Positions 1-10,067 are shown, counted from the stretch's first letter. The stretch is 64,000 bases of DNA from a bacterium (GCA_963674695.2 CAXXGI010000003.1:320001-384000); one strand, 5' to 3'. Program-made: numbers and translations. The notes: generated by a model from the letters alone, not told the origin.

Positions 1-44
1 GATGTAACCGGGTGGTGTATCCCTGACGGCAGTCGGCATGATCG

Positions 45-557
45 ATGCAGAGCGGGAGGTTCAGCATGGAGAAGGCCCCGGCAAGCAAGGGCGCCATGCC
101 CGCAATTCCGAAAAAACTCTACTTTCGCATCGGCGAGGTCAGCGACCTGGTCGGCGTGAAGCCATATGTTTTGCGCTACTGGGAGTCGGAATTTCCGGAC
201 ATCAAGCCGTCCAAGTCCAAGTCCGGTCAGCGGCTCTATAAACGGCGCGATGTGGAACTGTTGCTGCGCATTCGCCAGCTGCTCTATGAAGAGCGCTTCA
301 CGATCAACGGGGCGCGCAAGCGGCTCAAGGAGATGGGCCGGGGCGAGGCTCCCGTTGTTTCCGCAGTTGCTCCCGCACCAATCGAGGAGGCTCCCCGGCA
401 GCTCGAGGCCTTTCCGCCAGAGGAGGCCGAGGAGATGGACGAGGAGATAGCGTTGAGGTCGTCAGCATCGGTAGCGCCGCAGGTGGCGAAGACGTTGGCG
501 AAGGTCAAACGCGATCTTCAGGAGCTGCTCGGAGTGCTGACGCTCGAGAATAGCTGA
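45..557 (+). CDS. MerR-family HTH transcriptional regulator
   Basis: [30 protein letters not shown]...GQRLY is the MerR HTH typically found between ihfA and tRNA-Pro; the start may be 66 or 96. Confidence 0.88.
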   Translation: MQSGRFSMEKAPASKGAMPAIPKKLYFRIGEVSDLVGVKPYVLRYWESEFPDIKPSKSKSGQRLYKRRDVELLLRIRQLLYEERFTINGARKRLKEMGRGEAPVVSAVAPAPIEEAPRQLEAFPPEEAEEMDEEIALRSSASVAPQVAKTLAKVKRDLQELLGVLTLENS

Positions 558-613
558 AGCGGTCATATGCGAAGGATTGACAAACACGGTTTGTGTCCCT
601 CCCTCATACAATT

Positions 614-689
614 CGGGGCGTAGCTCAGCCTGGACTAGAGTGCTTCCTTGGGGTGGAAGAGGTCGCTGGTTCGAATCCAGTCGCCCCGA
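614..689 (+). tRNA. tRNA-Pro (GGG)
   Basis: Cloverleaf: acceptor CGGGGCG/CGCCCCG, anticodon stem CTTCC/GGAAG with loop TTGGGGT, T-loop TTCGAAT; CCA not encoded. Confidence 0.96.
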
Positions 690-751
690 CATGGTGGTTT
701 GGGGGAGGGGCACAAGCCGTGTTTTTCTTTTTTGCGCCGGGAAGGTCGAAC

Positions 752-1423
752 GTGATTCATCTTCTTCGAACGATTCGTGATGATTTTCGCATGGTCTTTG
801 ACCGCGATCCCGCCGCGCGTTCCAAGCTCGAGATCGTGCTCTGTTATCCCGGCCTGCATGCGCTCATCCTCTATCGCATCGCGCATGTCCTCTGGACCCA
901 TCACCTCAAGCTCTTCGGACGCCTGCTCTCCCACTTCACCCGCTGGATCACCGGCATCGAGATTCATCCGGGGGCGACGATCGGCAATCGCTTCTTTATC
1001 GATCATGGCATGGGGGTGGTCATTGGCGAGACGACCGAGATCGGCGATGACGTCACCCTCTATCAGGGCGTGACCCTCGGCGGCACGAGCTGGCAGAAGG
1101 GCAAACGTCATCCCACGCTCGAAGACCGCGTCGTCGTTGGCGCCGGAGCGATCGTGCTGGGCCCGATCTGCATTGGGCACGACAGTCGCATCGGTTCTTC
1201 ATCGGTGGTCATCCACGATGTCCCCTCGCTCTCAACCGTGGTCGGCATTCCGGGAAAGGTCGTCCATCGTCGCGAACCCATCGTTCATAAGGAGGGCGCG
1301 CACCACTACGATCTCGATCACGGAACCCTTCCCGATCCCTTTGGCGATACGGTCAGGGGTCTGCGCCGCTCGATCGACGAACTGCAGGAGCGCCTACAAG
1401 TGCTCGAACGCAAGGGTGAGTGA
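752..1423 (+). CDS. cysE: Serine O-acetyltransferase
   Basis: [42 protein letters not shown]; GTG start at 752 because the longer ORF overlaps the tRNA. Confidence 0.95.
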   Translation: MIHLLRTIRDDFRMVFDRDPAARSKLEIVLCYPGLHALILYRIAHVLWTHHLKLFGRLLSHFTRWITGIEIHPGATIGNRFFIDHGMGVVIGETTEIGDDVTLYQGVTLGGTSWQKGKRHPTLEDRVVVGAGAIVLGPICIGHDSRIGSSSVVIHDVPSLSTVVGIPGKVVHRREPIVHKEGAHHYDLDHGTLPDPFGDTVRGLRRSIDELQERLQVLERKGE

Positions 1424-1432
1424 TCCTTTTGT

Positions 1433-1484
1433 TGTCATCCCCGCCTGCCCGCCTCTGGCGGGAGTGCTGGAGTCGGGGATCCAG
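1433..1484. repeat. REP-like palindromic element (TGTCATCCCCG...CGGGGATCCAG)
   Basis: Same ends as the elements at 24925, 54195, 57309 and 60048; internal hairpin. Confidence 0.65.
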
Positions 1485-1522
1485 TCGGCTTACCCCGAAT
1501 TGATTTTTCAGAAGCGGTTTCT

Positions 1523-2590
1523 ATGACGCATCAATCACAGAAAGTCCTCGTCGCCATGAGCGGCGGGGTGGATTCCTCCGTCGCCGCGGCTCTCCTGTGT
1601 GAGGCGGGTTATGATGTCGTCGGTATCTCGATGAATCTGCTCACCTGTCATCGGCCGAAGGAGGATTCCTGTTGTTCGGCCCAGGATCGTCGCGATGCCG
1701 CGGCGGTGGCGAAATCCCTGGGCATTCCCCATGTCGTCGTCGATTATCGTGCGGATTTTCGAAAGCAGGTGATCGATCCCTTCGTTGAGGAATACCTCGC
1801 GGGCCGAACGCCTTCGCCGTGCATCCGTTGCAACGAATACCTCAAGTTTGGCGCGCTCTTTGCCGAGGCCGATCGCCTCGGGTGCGAGTTCCTCTCCACC
1901 GGGCACTATGCGCGCGTCGAACATATCGACGATCGGTTTCGCCTGCGCTGCGGCATCGATCCCTCCAAGGACCAATCCTATTTTCTCTTTATCCTGAAAC
2001 AACCGCAGCTCAAGCGCCTCCTCCTGCCGTTGGGCGGGATGACCAAGTTCCAGGTGCGCGATCTTGCCCAGCGGCTTTCTCTCCCTGTCCACGAAAAACC
2101 CGAGAGCCAGGAGATCTGCTTCGTCCCCGATGACGACTATGTTGCCTTTGTCGAGGAACGCGCGGGCGCGCGCATGTCCGGCCCGGGCGATTTTGTCGAT
2201 ACCGAGGGGAACGTCCTCGGCCGCCATCGCGGTATCCACGCCTATACGATCGGCCAGCGCCGGGGGTTGGGCGTGAGCGCAGGCAAACGTCGGTACGTCG
2301 TGCGTATCGATAGCAAACGCAATCAGGTCGTCCTCGGCGACGATGCGGATCTTATGTGCACGTCGATGATCGTGCGCGACATCTCCTGGACGCAACCATC
2401 GAATGCCGATATCAAACGCGCGCGTGTGCGCGTCCGTTCCACAGACGCGGGCGAGATGGCGACCCTCGTGCCCCAGCCCGACGGCGCCATCGAGGTTCGT
2501 TTCGATGCGCCCGTCCGCGCCATCGCCCCCGGGCAGGCGGCGGTCTTCTCTCATGACGATGAAGTCATCGGCGGAGGGTGGATGTGGTGA
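1523..2590 (+). CDS. mnmA: tRNA-specific 2-thiouridylase MnmA
   Basis: VAMSGGVDSS, TPSPCIRCN, TGHYAR, KDQSYFL, ESQEICF, YTIGQRRGLG, PGQAAV. Confidence 0.97.
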   Translation: MTHQSQKVLVAMSGGVDSSVAAALLCEAGYDVVGISMNLLTCHRPKEDSCCSAQDRRDAAAVAKSLGIPHVVVDYRADFRKQVIDPFVEEYLAGRTPSPCIRCNEYLKFGALFAEADRLGCEFLSTGHYARVEHIDDRFRLRCGIDPSKDQSYFLFILKQPQLKRLLLPLGGMTKFQVRDLAQRLSLPVHEKPESQEICFVPDDDYVAFVEERAGARMSGPGDFVDTEGNVLGRHRGIHAYTIGQRRGLGVSAGKRRYVVRIDSKRNQVVLGDDADLMCTSMIVRDISWTQPSNADIKRARVRVRSTDAGEMATLVPQPDGAIEVRFDAPVRAIAPGQAAVFSHDDEVIGGGWMW

Positions 2591-2646
2591 GCTCGTTTGC
2601 ATCCCACGGCAGACCTATATGGTTTTTTGATTTCATTTGAAAACAC

Positions 2647-2673
2647 ACAACATATTCTCGGTATAGCCGATAC
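2647..2673 (+). promoter_or_regulatory. Putative sigma28-like promoter ACAA-N15-GCCGATAC
   Basis: Matches the motif shared by the orphan genes; nearly the same as the promoter of the paralog at 25012. Confidence 0.65.
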
Positions 2674-2718
2674 GAAGGAAGATAGAGGGAGGACTATGCT
2701 CTTTGGGTGCAGGAGGAC

Positions 2719-3744
2719 ATGATGGTGTTCACAATGAATGGGGGAGGGGGAAGTCTCATTTCGCCTGCGAAGTTTGCCGAAGCCGTTGGGATGTATGCCT
2801 TTCCCATCGACACCCTGCCGAGCGTTCCGAATTATAACGAGTTCGATGATCCCGAACCGGCTCCGTTCGATGCGGTGCACGCGAGTGATGTCGGCGCATT
2901 CGTCAATGTCATGATCGGCGCTGCTCGCGTAATGGGTCCGGGCGATGGCTATGTTCTTGCCGAGGATCTGGGGACATCACTGCTGACGCTTTCCGGATCG
3001 CAGCCGGGTCAGAAGGTCGTCTTTGCCCAATATCCGGAATTGAGCACCAGCATCGAATGGCATCTGGATGCACCGGAGTATGGTATGAGGATGATGTATG
3101 ACGTGACGATTCCAATGGATATGGATCCGTCGCGCAGCGCTCTTGTAGAGCTCTCCGAAACGTCGATGGCGCGTTTTCTTTGTCAGGCAGCGAGCACATT
3201 GGTCACGGAGTATGAGCGCGGAAGGGTTATCGCCTCAGATCGCATCACGAGGGCGCAATACAATCAAAGCTTGTTGAAATGTCTTTTCAGTCCGGAGCTG
3301 GGCTGGGCCACGGTTGATTTGGGGGGTGCATGGATGATTCCGAATCCCCCGATCGCCCTTGAGACCGCGCTCGATCTTCTGCTCCCTATCCAGTCTCATG
3401 ATCACTTCAAAAGGCGCGTTGCCTTGACTCGAGAAGTGCTGTTGGGAACTCCAGTTGGATTCTTCAATGGATCGGAAGGATGGAGTTCCGATGCGGTCAT
3501 AGAAAAACAGCTCTTTACGGCTCCCGAATCTCCAAACGGTCTTCAGACTTATGCGCGATCTCTCTGGACCGATCGCATGCCCTATCTCGCCGTCGCTGCC
3601 GCCAGTGATGAGCGGTATTGCGTTGAATTCGCCGATCGGTTTCTGAGGGGCGACGGTGCTGCGAATGTTCCCACGATGTCGGCTCCCTTCAACGCCTTCT
3701 GGGCATCTGCGGCGCGGACAGCGCTCGGCATCGGCAATCGATAA
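2719..3744 (+). CDS. Hypothetical protein, paralog of 25087..25977
   Basis: AGGAGG SD before ATG 2719; shares MYxFPIDTLP, MGPGDGY and TMSAPFNAFWASAAR with 25087. Confidence 0.8.
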   Translation: MMVFTMNGGGGSLISPAKFAEAVGMYAFPIDTLPSVPNYNEFDDPEPAPFDAVHASDVGAFVNVMIGAARVMGPGDGYVLAEDLGTSLLTLSGSQPGQKVVFAQYPELSTSIEWHLDAPEYGMRMMYDVTIPMDMDPSRSALVELSETSMARFLCQAASTLVTEYERGRVIASDRITRAQYNQSLLKCLFSPELGWATVDLGGAWMIPNPPIALETALDLLLPIQSHDHFKRRVALTREVLLGTPVGFFNGSEGWSSDAVIEKQLFTAPESPNGLQTYARSLWTDRMPYLAVAAASDERYCVEFADRFLRGDGAANVPTMSAPFNAFWASAARTALGIGNR

Positions 3745-3795
3745 TTTCGAATAAACCTTGAAATGCTGAGGGATGGTGTGACAGGTTCTTCTCCT

Positions 3796-5067
3796 ATGCA
3801 TGCCCGTATCGCCATTGTGACCCTCGGCTGTAAGGCCAACTGGGTTGATTCCGAATCGATGGCCCAGGCGCTTGCCCGCGCGGGGTTTGAAATCGTCCCC
3901 GTGGAGGCCGAGGCAGAGGCCTATATCATCAACACGTGCACGGTGACGGCGGTGGCCGATCAGCAGTCGCGTCAGATGATTCGCCGGGTGCGGCGCGCAC
4001 ATCCGCAGGCACTGGTCGTGGCCACCGGTTGTTTGGGTGAGGTGGATATCGAACAGGTCGAGGCGATATCGGGCATCGATATCGTCTTTGGAACCTCCAA
4101 TCGAGAGGCGATGTTGACGTATTTGGTCGAGGCGTTTGTGTTGGATGGTCATCATCTGCCGCAGCTAAAATCCCCCACCGAACCCCAGTCGCGCGCACGC
4201 GCGTTCCTCAAGATTCAAGATGGGTGTAATCGCGCTTGTGCCTACTGCATCATTCCACGGGCGCGGGGGAAGAGTCGTTCGTTTCCCATGAGCGAGATCG
4301 TCGCCGACTGTCGGGAAATCTCCCGGCATCACCATGAGATCGTCCTGACGGGAATCGATATCGGGCAGTATGGCGAGCGAATCGGGCCGGGGCTCGTCGA
4401 TTTGCTCACAGCACTTGTGAATGAGCCAGGGTGCGCGCGCATTCGACTCAGTTCGCTTGGGCCCAAGCGCATCGATGAGGAACTCGTTGAGCTGATGGCC
4501 GCTTCTCAGGGTCGCATCTGTCGTCATGTGCATCTTTCGATTCAGAGTGGGTCGGATGCAGTTTTAACCGCGATGGCTCGTGGATATGCGACAGACGACA
4601 TCGTGCGTGCGGTCGAGCGCCTGATGAAGGCGATTCCCCACATCGCCATCACGGGAGATGCGATCGCGGGCTTCCCCGGTGAAACGGAAGCGCATCATCA
4701 CGAGACGATGGCCCTTATCGATCGTCTTCCCCTGTCCGGTCTGCACGTCTTTCCCTACTCGGAGCGTCCCGGTACGCGGGCGGCTCAGATGGAGGGTTTT
4801 GTTCCGGTGACGATGCGAAGAGCGCGTGCCAAGGACTTGCGCGGGCTGGCGCAGGCGAAACGCGAGGCTTTTCTCGCCACACTCGTTGGGGTTTCGCTCA
4901 AGGCGATTGTCGTCTCGCGTTCGGCCGATGAATCTGGTATGGTCGAAGCCATTACGGATAATGGCGTTTCGTTGCGCGTGCCCGAGGGGCGGGTTGCCTA
5001 TGCCGACATCGGGCGCGTGACGGTGACGCACACGGAAGGGGAAATGGTATTCGGACAATGGGTATGA
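3796..5067 (+). CDS. mtaB: tRNA methylthiotransferase MtaB (MiaB-like radical SAM)
   Basis: TLGCKAN, INTCTVT, KIQDGCNRACAYCIIPRARG (CxxxCxxC), HVFPYSERPGT. Confidence 0.92.
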   Translation: MHARIAIVTLGCKANWVDSESMAQALARAGFEIVPVEAEAEAYIINTCTVTAVADQQSRQMIRRVRRAHPQALVVATGCLGEVDIEQVEAISGIDIVFGTSNREAMLTYLVEAFVLDGHHLPQLKSPTEPQSRARAFLKIQDGCNRACAYCIIPRARGKSRSFPMSEIVADCREISRHHHEIVLTGIDIGQYGERIGPGLVDLLTALVNEPGCARIRLSSLGPKRIDEELVELMAASQGRICRHVHLSIQSGSDAVLTAMARGYATDDIVRAVERLMKAIPHIAITGDAIAGFPGETEAHHHETMALIDRLPLSGLHVFPYSERPGTRAAQMEGFVPVTMRRARAKDLRGLAQAKREAFLATLVGVSLKAIVVSRSADESGMVEAITDNGVSLRVPEGRVAYADIGRVTVTHTEGEMVFGQWV

Positions 5068-5789
5068 CCAAAGACGACAAACAGCGCATCAAAGAATTCG
5101 AACGGAATCTCGGCTATCGCTTCAAACGGCGCGAATACCTCAAACGAGCGTTGACGCACCGATCCTTCGCCAATGAGCAGCGGCTTGCCGCCACCGACAA
5201 CAACGAACGCTACGAATATCTGGGCGACGCGGTTCTCGAGCTGTCCGTGAGTCATCTGCTCATGGAACGTTTTCCGGAGCATCCGGAGGGCGAACTCTCC
5301 AAGTTGCGCGCGGCGATCGTCAATGAAGGGCAGTTGGCCGATATCGCGCGCAGCATCGATCTGGGGCAGTATCTCTATCTCGGCAAAGGAGAGGATCAGA
5401 CTGGCGGGCGAGACAAACCGTCGCTTCTCTCCGATGCGTTTGAAGCGGTTTTGGGCGCGGTCTATCTCGATCGGGGTTTTTCAAAGGCCTTCGCGGTGAT
5501 CGAGCAGCTCTACGACAAGATCCTTGAACGCGCGGGCGGCGTTGGATTCGTGCGCGACTACAAGACGCGTTTACAAGAGGTGAGTCAGTCGCGCTTCCGT
5601 GCCGTGCCGCGCTATCGCCTTGCGCGTACGACCGGTCCCGACCACTCCAAGATCTTCGAGATCAAGCTCTTCATCAACGATGAACTCTGGGGCGAAGGGG
5701 AAGGCACCAGCAAAAAGGCCGCGGAGCAGGAGGCCGCAAAGATCGCCCTCGAAAAACTCACCTCCGTCGTCGAAGACGATCCCTCCTAG
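5064..5789 (+). CDS. rnc: Ribonuclease III
   Basis: ALTHRS, NERYEYLGDAVLEL, DAFEAVLGAVYLD, C-terminal dsRBD (DYKTRLQE...SKKAAEQEAA). Confidence 0.97.
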   Translation: MTKDDKQRIKEFERNLGYRFKRREYLKRALTHRSFANEQRLAATDNNERYEYLGDAVLELSVSHLLMERFPEHPEGELSKLRAAIVNEGQLADIARSIDLGQYLYLGKGEDQTGGRDKPSLLSDAFEAVLGAVYLDRGFSKAFAVIEQLYDKILERAGGVGFVRDYKTRLQEVSQSRFRAVPRYRLARTTGPDHSKIFEIKLFINDELWGEGEGTSKKAAEQEAAKIALEKLTSVVEDDPS

Positions 5790-6271
5790 TCGGCTTCTGT
5801 TATCTGTTCCATTTCCGCTTTCGGGTTGTCGCGCACCATCGTTTCCGCAGAGATCTTTGACGCCGTGATGGCGAATTCGTCATCCTTTTCCGAAATGGTG
5901 ATGACGGCGGAAAATTGAACGCGATCGCAGCACCAGTCTGCCTCGGGGGCTTCCGGGGCGTCTTCTGGAGGTGTGCAGATTTCGGCATCCTGCGGGATGT
6001 GCATGTAGTGCAGGTGGTCGCGAAATGCGTGCAGCGATGGTCGCGTCAGTCCTGCCTGTGTGGTCAGGATGCCACGGCTATGTAGGTACTCCTGCGCCGT
6101 CATGAGTTCTTCGTTGCTGAATCCATCCTTTCCATCCGCTGCGGCAATGTCGTTCAACCGCTCATTGATCTGCTCGACATCCTCTTGATGCAGTTCGACC
6201 GTGTGTTGCTTCGGAAGGGATGCCTTGAGCTGTCGCAGTGAAAGATCATTACCCATATAATCGGATGCCAT
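5786..6271 (-). CDS. Hypothetical protein (orphan, acidic)
   Basis: GGAGG SD before ATG 6271; GCCGATAA box upstream; no recognisable domain. Confidence 0.7.
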   Translation of the reverse strand: MASDYMGNDLSLRQLKASLPKQHTVELHQEDVEQINERLNDIAAADGKDGFSNEELMTAQEYLHSRGILTTQAGLTRPSLHAFRDHLHYMHIPQDAEICTPPEDAPEAPEADWCCDRVQFSAVITISEKDDEFAITASKISAETMVRDNPKAEMEQITEAD

Positions 6272-6300
6272 TTTTCCTCCTCTTTGGTGGTGACAATCCA

Positions 6301-6329
6301 TTATCGGCCGGTGACGTGCTCGGGGTTGT
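6301..6329 (-). promoter_or_regulatory. Putative sigma28-like promoter ACAA-N17-GCCGATAA
   Basis: Perfect GCCGATAA about 30 nt upstream of the orphan start. Confidence 0.55.
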
Positions 6330-6421
6330 CTGAAGGGAATGAATTTCGGTAGCTGCTGTTACCGCGACAAAATAATGCCGGAAATGGGCCTGTTGGGCCA
6401 CGAGAGAGGGGGGCGCAGGGT

Positions 6422-6450
6422 TTGCAATCTCAGGCGAGCCTCACTATAGT
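6422..6450 (+). promoter_or_regulatory. Putative sigma70 promoter for azoR (TTGCAA-17-TATAGT)
   Basis: Near-consensus boxes with 17-nt spacing. Confidence 0.5.
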
Positions 6451-6560
6451 GCCGCAACAAGGTGCAGGAAGGTGCGCGTGTTGTTTGAAATGAATGCATG
6501 GACGAAAGAGGGTGCTACATCGCCACTCATATAACTGAAGTCTCTCAACGGGAGGTTCAC

Positions 6561-7193
6561 ATGAGCAAGGTGCTGTATATCAAGGCAAGCCCGCGCAACG
6601 GTCGTTCCCATTCGATGGCAGTCGCCGATGCCTTTCTCACGGCCTATCGCAAGACACATCCGGACGATCAGGTGCAGACGATCGATCTCTTCGCACGCAA
6701 GATGCCGGCGTTCGATGGGCTGACGGTGCAGGCGAAGTATACGATCCTGCATGGTCAGCAGCACTCGCCGGAGGAACTCTCCGTCTGGCGCGACGTGGAA
6801 CAGCTTATCACCGAGTTTAAAGCCGCCGACAAATACGTCCTGGCCGTTCCCATGTGGAACTTCGGTATTCCCTATCGCCTCAAACAGTATTTCGATAATC
6901 TGGTTCAACCGGGCTATACGTTTTCGTATACCCCTGAAACAGGATATACGGGGCTCGTCACGAAAAAGCCGGTCTTCGTCGCCATGGCCAGCGGTGGGGA
7001 TTACCGGAAAGGGACGGGTGCCGAAGCGCTGGACTTCACCACACCCTATCTCAAGACTGTTTTGGGTTTTATCGGTTTTACGGATATCCATATGGCGACG
7101 GCATCGCCCATGCTCGCAGCCGGCCCGGAGGGGGCGGCCCATGCGCAGGAAAAGGCGATCGGCGAGGCCGTTCGCATCGCACAGACGTTCTGA
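6561..7193 (+). CDS. azoR: FMN-dependent NADH-azoreductase
   Basis: MSKVLYIKASPR...SHS, AVPMWNFGIPYRLKQYFD, PGYTFSY, GFIGFTD; GGAGG SD. Confidence 0.93.
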   Translation: MSKVLYIKASPRNGRSHSMAVADAFLTAYRKTHPDDQVQTIDLFARKMPAFDGLTVQAKYTILHGQQHSPEELSVWRDVEQLITEFKAADKYVLAVPMWNFGIPYRLKQYFDNLVQPGYTFSYTPETGYTGLVTKKPVFVAMASGGDYRKGTGAEALDFTTPYLKTVLGFIGFTDIHMATASPMLAAGPEGAAHAQEKAIGEAVRIAQTF

Positions 7194-7199
7194 GGGGAT

Positions 7200-8522
7200 G
7201 TGGTGATGGGGGTGACGCCGGAACGATTGATTCTCTTCGCCAGCTATCCCACACCGGGAGCGGTGAAGACGCGTCTCATTCCTGCGCTGGGGGCAGAGGG
7301 GGCAGCCCAGCTTCACCGGCAACTCACCTCATCCTGTCTCGAAACCGTTCACACCGTCACCGATGAACACGATATCGATGTTGAAGTGTGCGCGGCAGGC
7401 GCGGATGCTCAGCAGATGGAGGATTGGCTCGGTCCCGATCACCGATACGGTGCGCAGGGGGAGGGTGATCTCGGGGCACGCATGGCGCGTGCGTTTACGA
7501 AAGGGTTTGAGGCGGGAGCTGAGCGCATCGTCATCATCGGATCTGATTGTCCGTTTCTTTCACCATCGCTCATCGCATTGGCATTCGAGGCCCTCACAGC
7601 GCGAGACCTTGTGATCGGACCGACGGTCGATGGCGGTTCCTATCTCATCGGTCTGAGTCGTTTCGTGCCACAGCTCTTTCTCGATATCCCCTGGGGAACG
7701 GAGAAGGTTCTCTCCCGTATGCTCGCCATCGCCCGCAAACGTGGGCTCGAGACCTACCAGCTCGAAGCACTCCCCACCGTCGATCGTTCCGAGGACCTTG
7801 CATTGCTGGCGCGAGCAGGGATGTCACTTCCTCGCTCTGCCGGCGGTCGTCGCCTCTCGATCATCGTGTCGACGTACAACGAGGCGTCGACCATCGGGGG
7901 AACGCTCGCGCGCCTGAGCGAGGCAACGGATGCTGAGATCATCGTCGTCGATGGCGGCAGTCGGGATGGGACGCCCGATATCGTGCAATCGGCGGGCGTG
8001 CGACTGATGCTCAGTGCGCCGGAGCCAACCGAGCAGTTGCGTGCAGGGGCGACCGTCGCCCAGGGAGATATTCTGCTCTTCATGCCCGCCGATACGATGA
8101 TGCCCCGCGGATTCGATGCGATGGTGCGTCAGGCGTTGGGAAAAATGGATGTGGCTGGTGGAGCCTTTGCCTTTCGAACCGATCGAGACGGCATTGGCGT
8201 GCGCGTGATCGAGGCATTGGCCAACATGCGTTCGCGCATCCTGGGTATGCCCGACGGCGGTCAGGCGCTCTTCATTCGGCGCGAGGCCTATGAGGCGGCG
8301 GGCGGAATTCCCGATCTTCCGATCATGGAAGTGTATGAATTGGTGCGACGCCTGAAAAAGCAGGGGAGGGTCGTGACGCTTCCGGAACCGGCGATCACCT
8401 CTGGGCAGCGATGGGAAGGACAAGGATTCTTGCGCACAGCCGTACTCACGCCATTGATGATCCTCGGATATCATCTAGGGGTTTCGCCGGAGCGTTTGGC
8501 GCGTTTGGTTCAGTCGAAATAG
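7200..8522 (+). CDS. Fused CofC-like (TIGR04282/DUF2064) and GT2 (TIGR04283-like) glycosyltransferase
   Basis: N-half: PGAVKTRL, QGEGDLGARM, IIGSDCP, GPTVDGG; C-half: SIIVSTYNEA, IIVVDGGSRDGT, TSGQRW. Confidence 0.85.
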   Translation: MVMGVTPERLILFASYPTPGAVKTRLIPALGAEGAAQLHRQLTSSCLETVHTVTDEHDIDVEVCAAGADAQQMEDWLGPDHRYGAQGEGDLGARMARAFTKGFEAGAERIVIIGSDCPFLSPSLIALAFEALTARDLVIGPTVDGGSYLIGLSRFVPQLFLDIPWGTEKVLSRMLAIARKRGLETYQLEALPTVDRSEDLALLARAGMSLPRSAGGRRLSIIVSTYNEASTIGGTLARLSEATDAEIIVVDGGSRDGTPDIVQSAGVRLMLSAPEPTEQLRAGATVAQGDILLFMPADTMMPRGFDAMVRQALGKMDVAGGAFAFRTDRDGIGVRVIEALANMRSRILGMPDGGQALFIRREAYEAAGGIPDLPIMEVYELVRRLKKQGRVVTLPEPAITSGQRWEGQGFLRTAVLTPLMILGYHLGVSPERLARLVQSK

Positions 8523-9190
8523 ACGGGGTAGGTCTGGGCATTGCTCTCTGCATCGGCTTCCGATTCCTCGTCGGTCAGATCCTCTTCATCCTCATCCTCA
8601 TCCTCATCCGCGTCCGCCGGTTCGACATCGACCGTCTCGGTCTCTTCGCATTCCATCGCATAGGTTGCGACGAGTTCATCGACGGTGTCGATGAGATCCA
8701 AAACGGCATCGGAGAGCCCGCAATCGTTTGAGGTGCGGATGTTGTTTGCCACGTCGGTGGTGGCATAGGAGATGTCATACCAGCCAGCGTATTCCATCGT
8801 GCAGATCATGCTTTCATCGAGGGTGAAGTCGATGAGGTCGGAGGTGACGATCCCCTCGAGGACGGCGTCGAAATCTTCCGGTGCGAGCGGTAGCGTCGTG
8901 GTGCAGATCTCCTCGCGCGTCTCCTGATCGTCATCGCGATTGATTACCTGCTGGTGGATCGTGATATTCTGCTCGGCATCGATGGTCACGGTGGTGATGC
9001 CTTCGGCCGCGAGGTCGAAGGTGGGAACGCCGGTCGAGGCGTAGGCGCCGCCCATCTCGATGGTGAGTTCCTGAAAAACGTCTTTTTCCTGGGAGACGGC
9101 CAGACTCAGGTCGGTGCCGGAGTTATTATCACTGCACGCGCCGAGTATGAGACCGCAGAGCACGACGATCATGATGGACTTCACCTTCAT
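8510..9190 (-). CDS. Lipoprotein with acidic C-terminal tail (paralog of 9321..9923)
   Basis: Lipobox LGAC; VSQEKDVFQELTI aligns with VSSEEGVFQTLEI; DEDEDEDEED tail. Confidence 0.8.
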   Translation of the reverse strand: MKVKSIMIVVLCGLILGACSDNNSGTDLSLAVSQEKDVFQELTIEMGGAYASTGVPTFDLAAEGITTVTIDAEQNITIHQQVINRDDDQETREEICTTTLPLAPEDFDAVLEGIVTSDLIDFTLDESMICTMEYAGWYDISYATTDVANNIRTSNDCGLSDAVLDLIDTVDELVATYAMECEETETVDVEPADADEDEDEDEEDLTDEESEADAESNAQTYPVYFD

Positions 9191-9217
9191 ACATCCTCCT
9201 CAGAGTGGTTACCTTCT

Positions 9218-9244
9218 GTATCGCGGAATCGGCGGGAAAGTTGC
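9218..9244 (-). promoter_or_regulatory. Putative sigma28-like promoter GCAA-N15-CGCGATAC
   Basis: Shared orphan-gene motif with exact 15-nt spacing. Confidence 0.55.
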
Positions 9245-9271
9245 GTGGTTTTTTTTGGCCAGGGGGCCATA

Positions 9272-9299
9272 TAAAAATGGCGCCCAAAGGGGCGCCATT
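9272..9299 (-). terminator. Intrinsic terminator
   Basis: 10-bp stem AATGGCGCCC/GGGCGCCATT followed by a T-run on the minus strand, downstream of 9321..9923. Confidence 0.7.
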
Positions 9300-9320
9300 C
9301 AGAGTGTTCGGAAGGTATCC

Positions 9321-9923
9321 TCAATCATCATCATCATCATCATCATCGCCATCCGGTGGATTCATCAGCGACGGATGGAGGAGTCGCGGCCGGATGATCG
9401 GAATAAGGGTGAGCTGCGGCGTGGCATCATCCGCGGAACAATCCGGAATCAGGTCATCGGCCATCGCGCCCAGCGCTTGGATGATGTCCTCCACGGGGGC
9501 CGCGAGTTCACAGCTGGTCGTAAACTCGTTGAACATGCCGTCCTGGCGACGATAGCTGATGCTCACTTCATCCGCATCCTCGCCTTCCTCGCAATCGGCA
9601 TCCGGGCTGTAGCTAAAGAGTTCGGCGGCGTCGAGCAGGGCCACGATATCGGCGATATCCTCCTCGGTCAGATCAGCGCTGTCGGAGCAGACCGTCGTCA
9701 GACTCCCGTTTTTCTTCTGCTTGATCACGCGCTTGAGCCCACGGTTGACGTCCGCCGTGATCTCCTCGGTCACCGAGCCCGGAAGCTGCTGTGTGATCTC
9801 GAGGGTCTGGAAGACGCCTTCCTCGCTGCTCACCGAAAAATCAGGAAAGGTGATCTCGCCGTCGGCGCAGCCCGCGAAGAGCATGCAAAGAATAATGATG
9901 GGTAGTGTTCGTTTCATAGTCAT
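9321..9923 (-). CDS. Lipoprotein with poly-Asp tail (paralog of 8510..9190)
   Basis: Lipobox FAGC; conserved Cys pattern; ends GDDDDDDDD encoded by (GAT)n. Confidence 0.8.
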   Translation of the reverse strand: MTMKRTLPIIILCMLFAGCADGEITFPDFSVSSEEGVFQTLEITQQLPGSVTEEITADVNRGLKRVIKQKKNGSLTTVCSDSADLTEEDIADIVALLDAAELFSYSPDADCEEGEDADEVSISYRRQDGMFNEFTTSCELAAPVEDIIQALGAMADDLIPDCSADDATPQLTLIPIIRPRLLHPSLMNPPDGDDDDDDDD

Positions 9924-9939
9924 TTCTCCCTCACTCCTA

Positions 9940-9966
9940 TTTTCGGCAGATTTCGGTAGATGTTGC
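9940..9966 (-). promoter_or_regulatory. Putative sigma28-like promoter GCAA-N15-GCCGAAAA
   Basis: Shared orphan-gene motif. Confidence 0.6.
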
Positions 9967-10040
9967 GTACCTTTTTCAACTAAATTGAATTGTCCCTTTT
10001 CGGGTGTACGGGGAGCTCTTCGTCCGATTCATAATAAGGA

Positions 10041-10067
10041 GCAACTCTTTTCGTGTTCTGCCGATAA
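10041..10067 (+). promoter_or_regulatory. Putative sigma28-like promoter GCAA-N15-GCCGATAA
   Basis: Perfect sigma28 -10 box with 15-nt spacer, 24 nt before ATG 10092. Confidence 0.7.

Noticed and set aside
593-751. N-terminal extension of cysE in the ORF track
   Set aside because: It overlaps tRNA-Pro; homology starts near GTG 752
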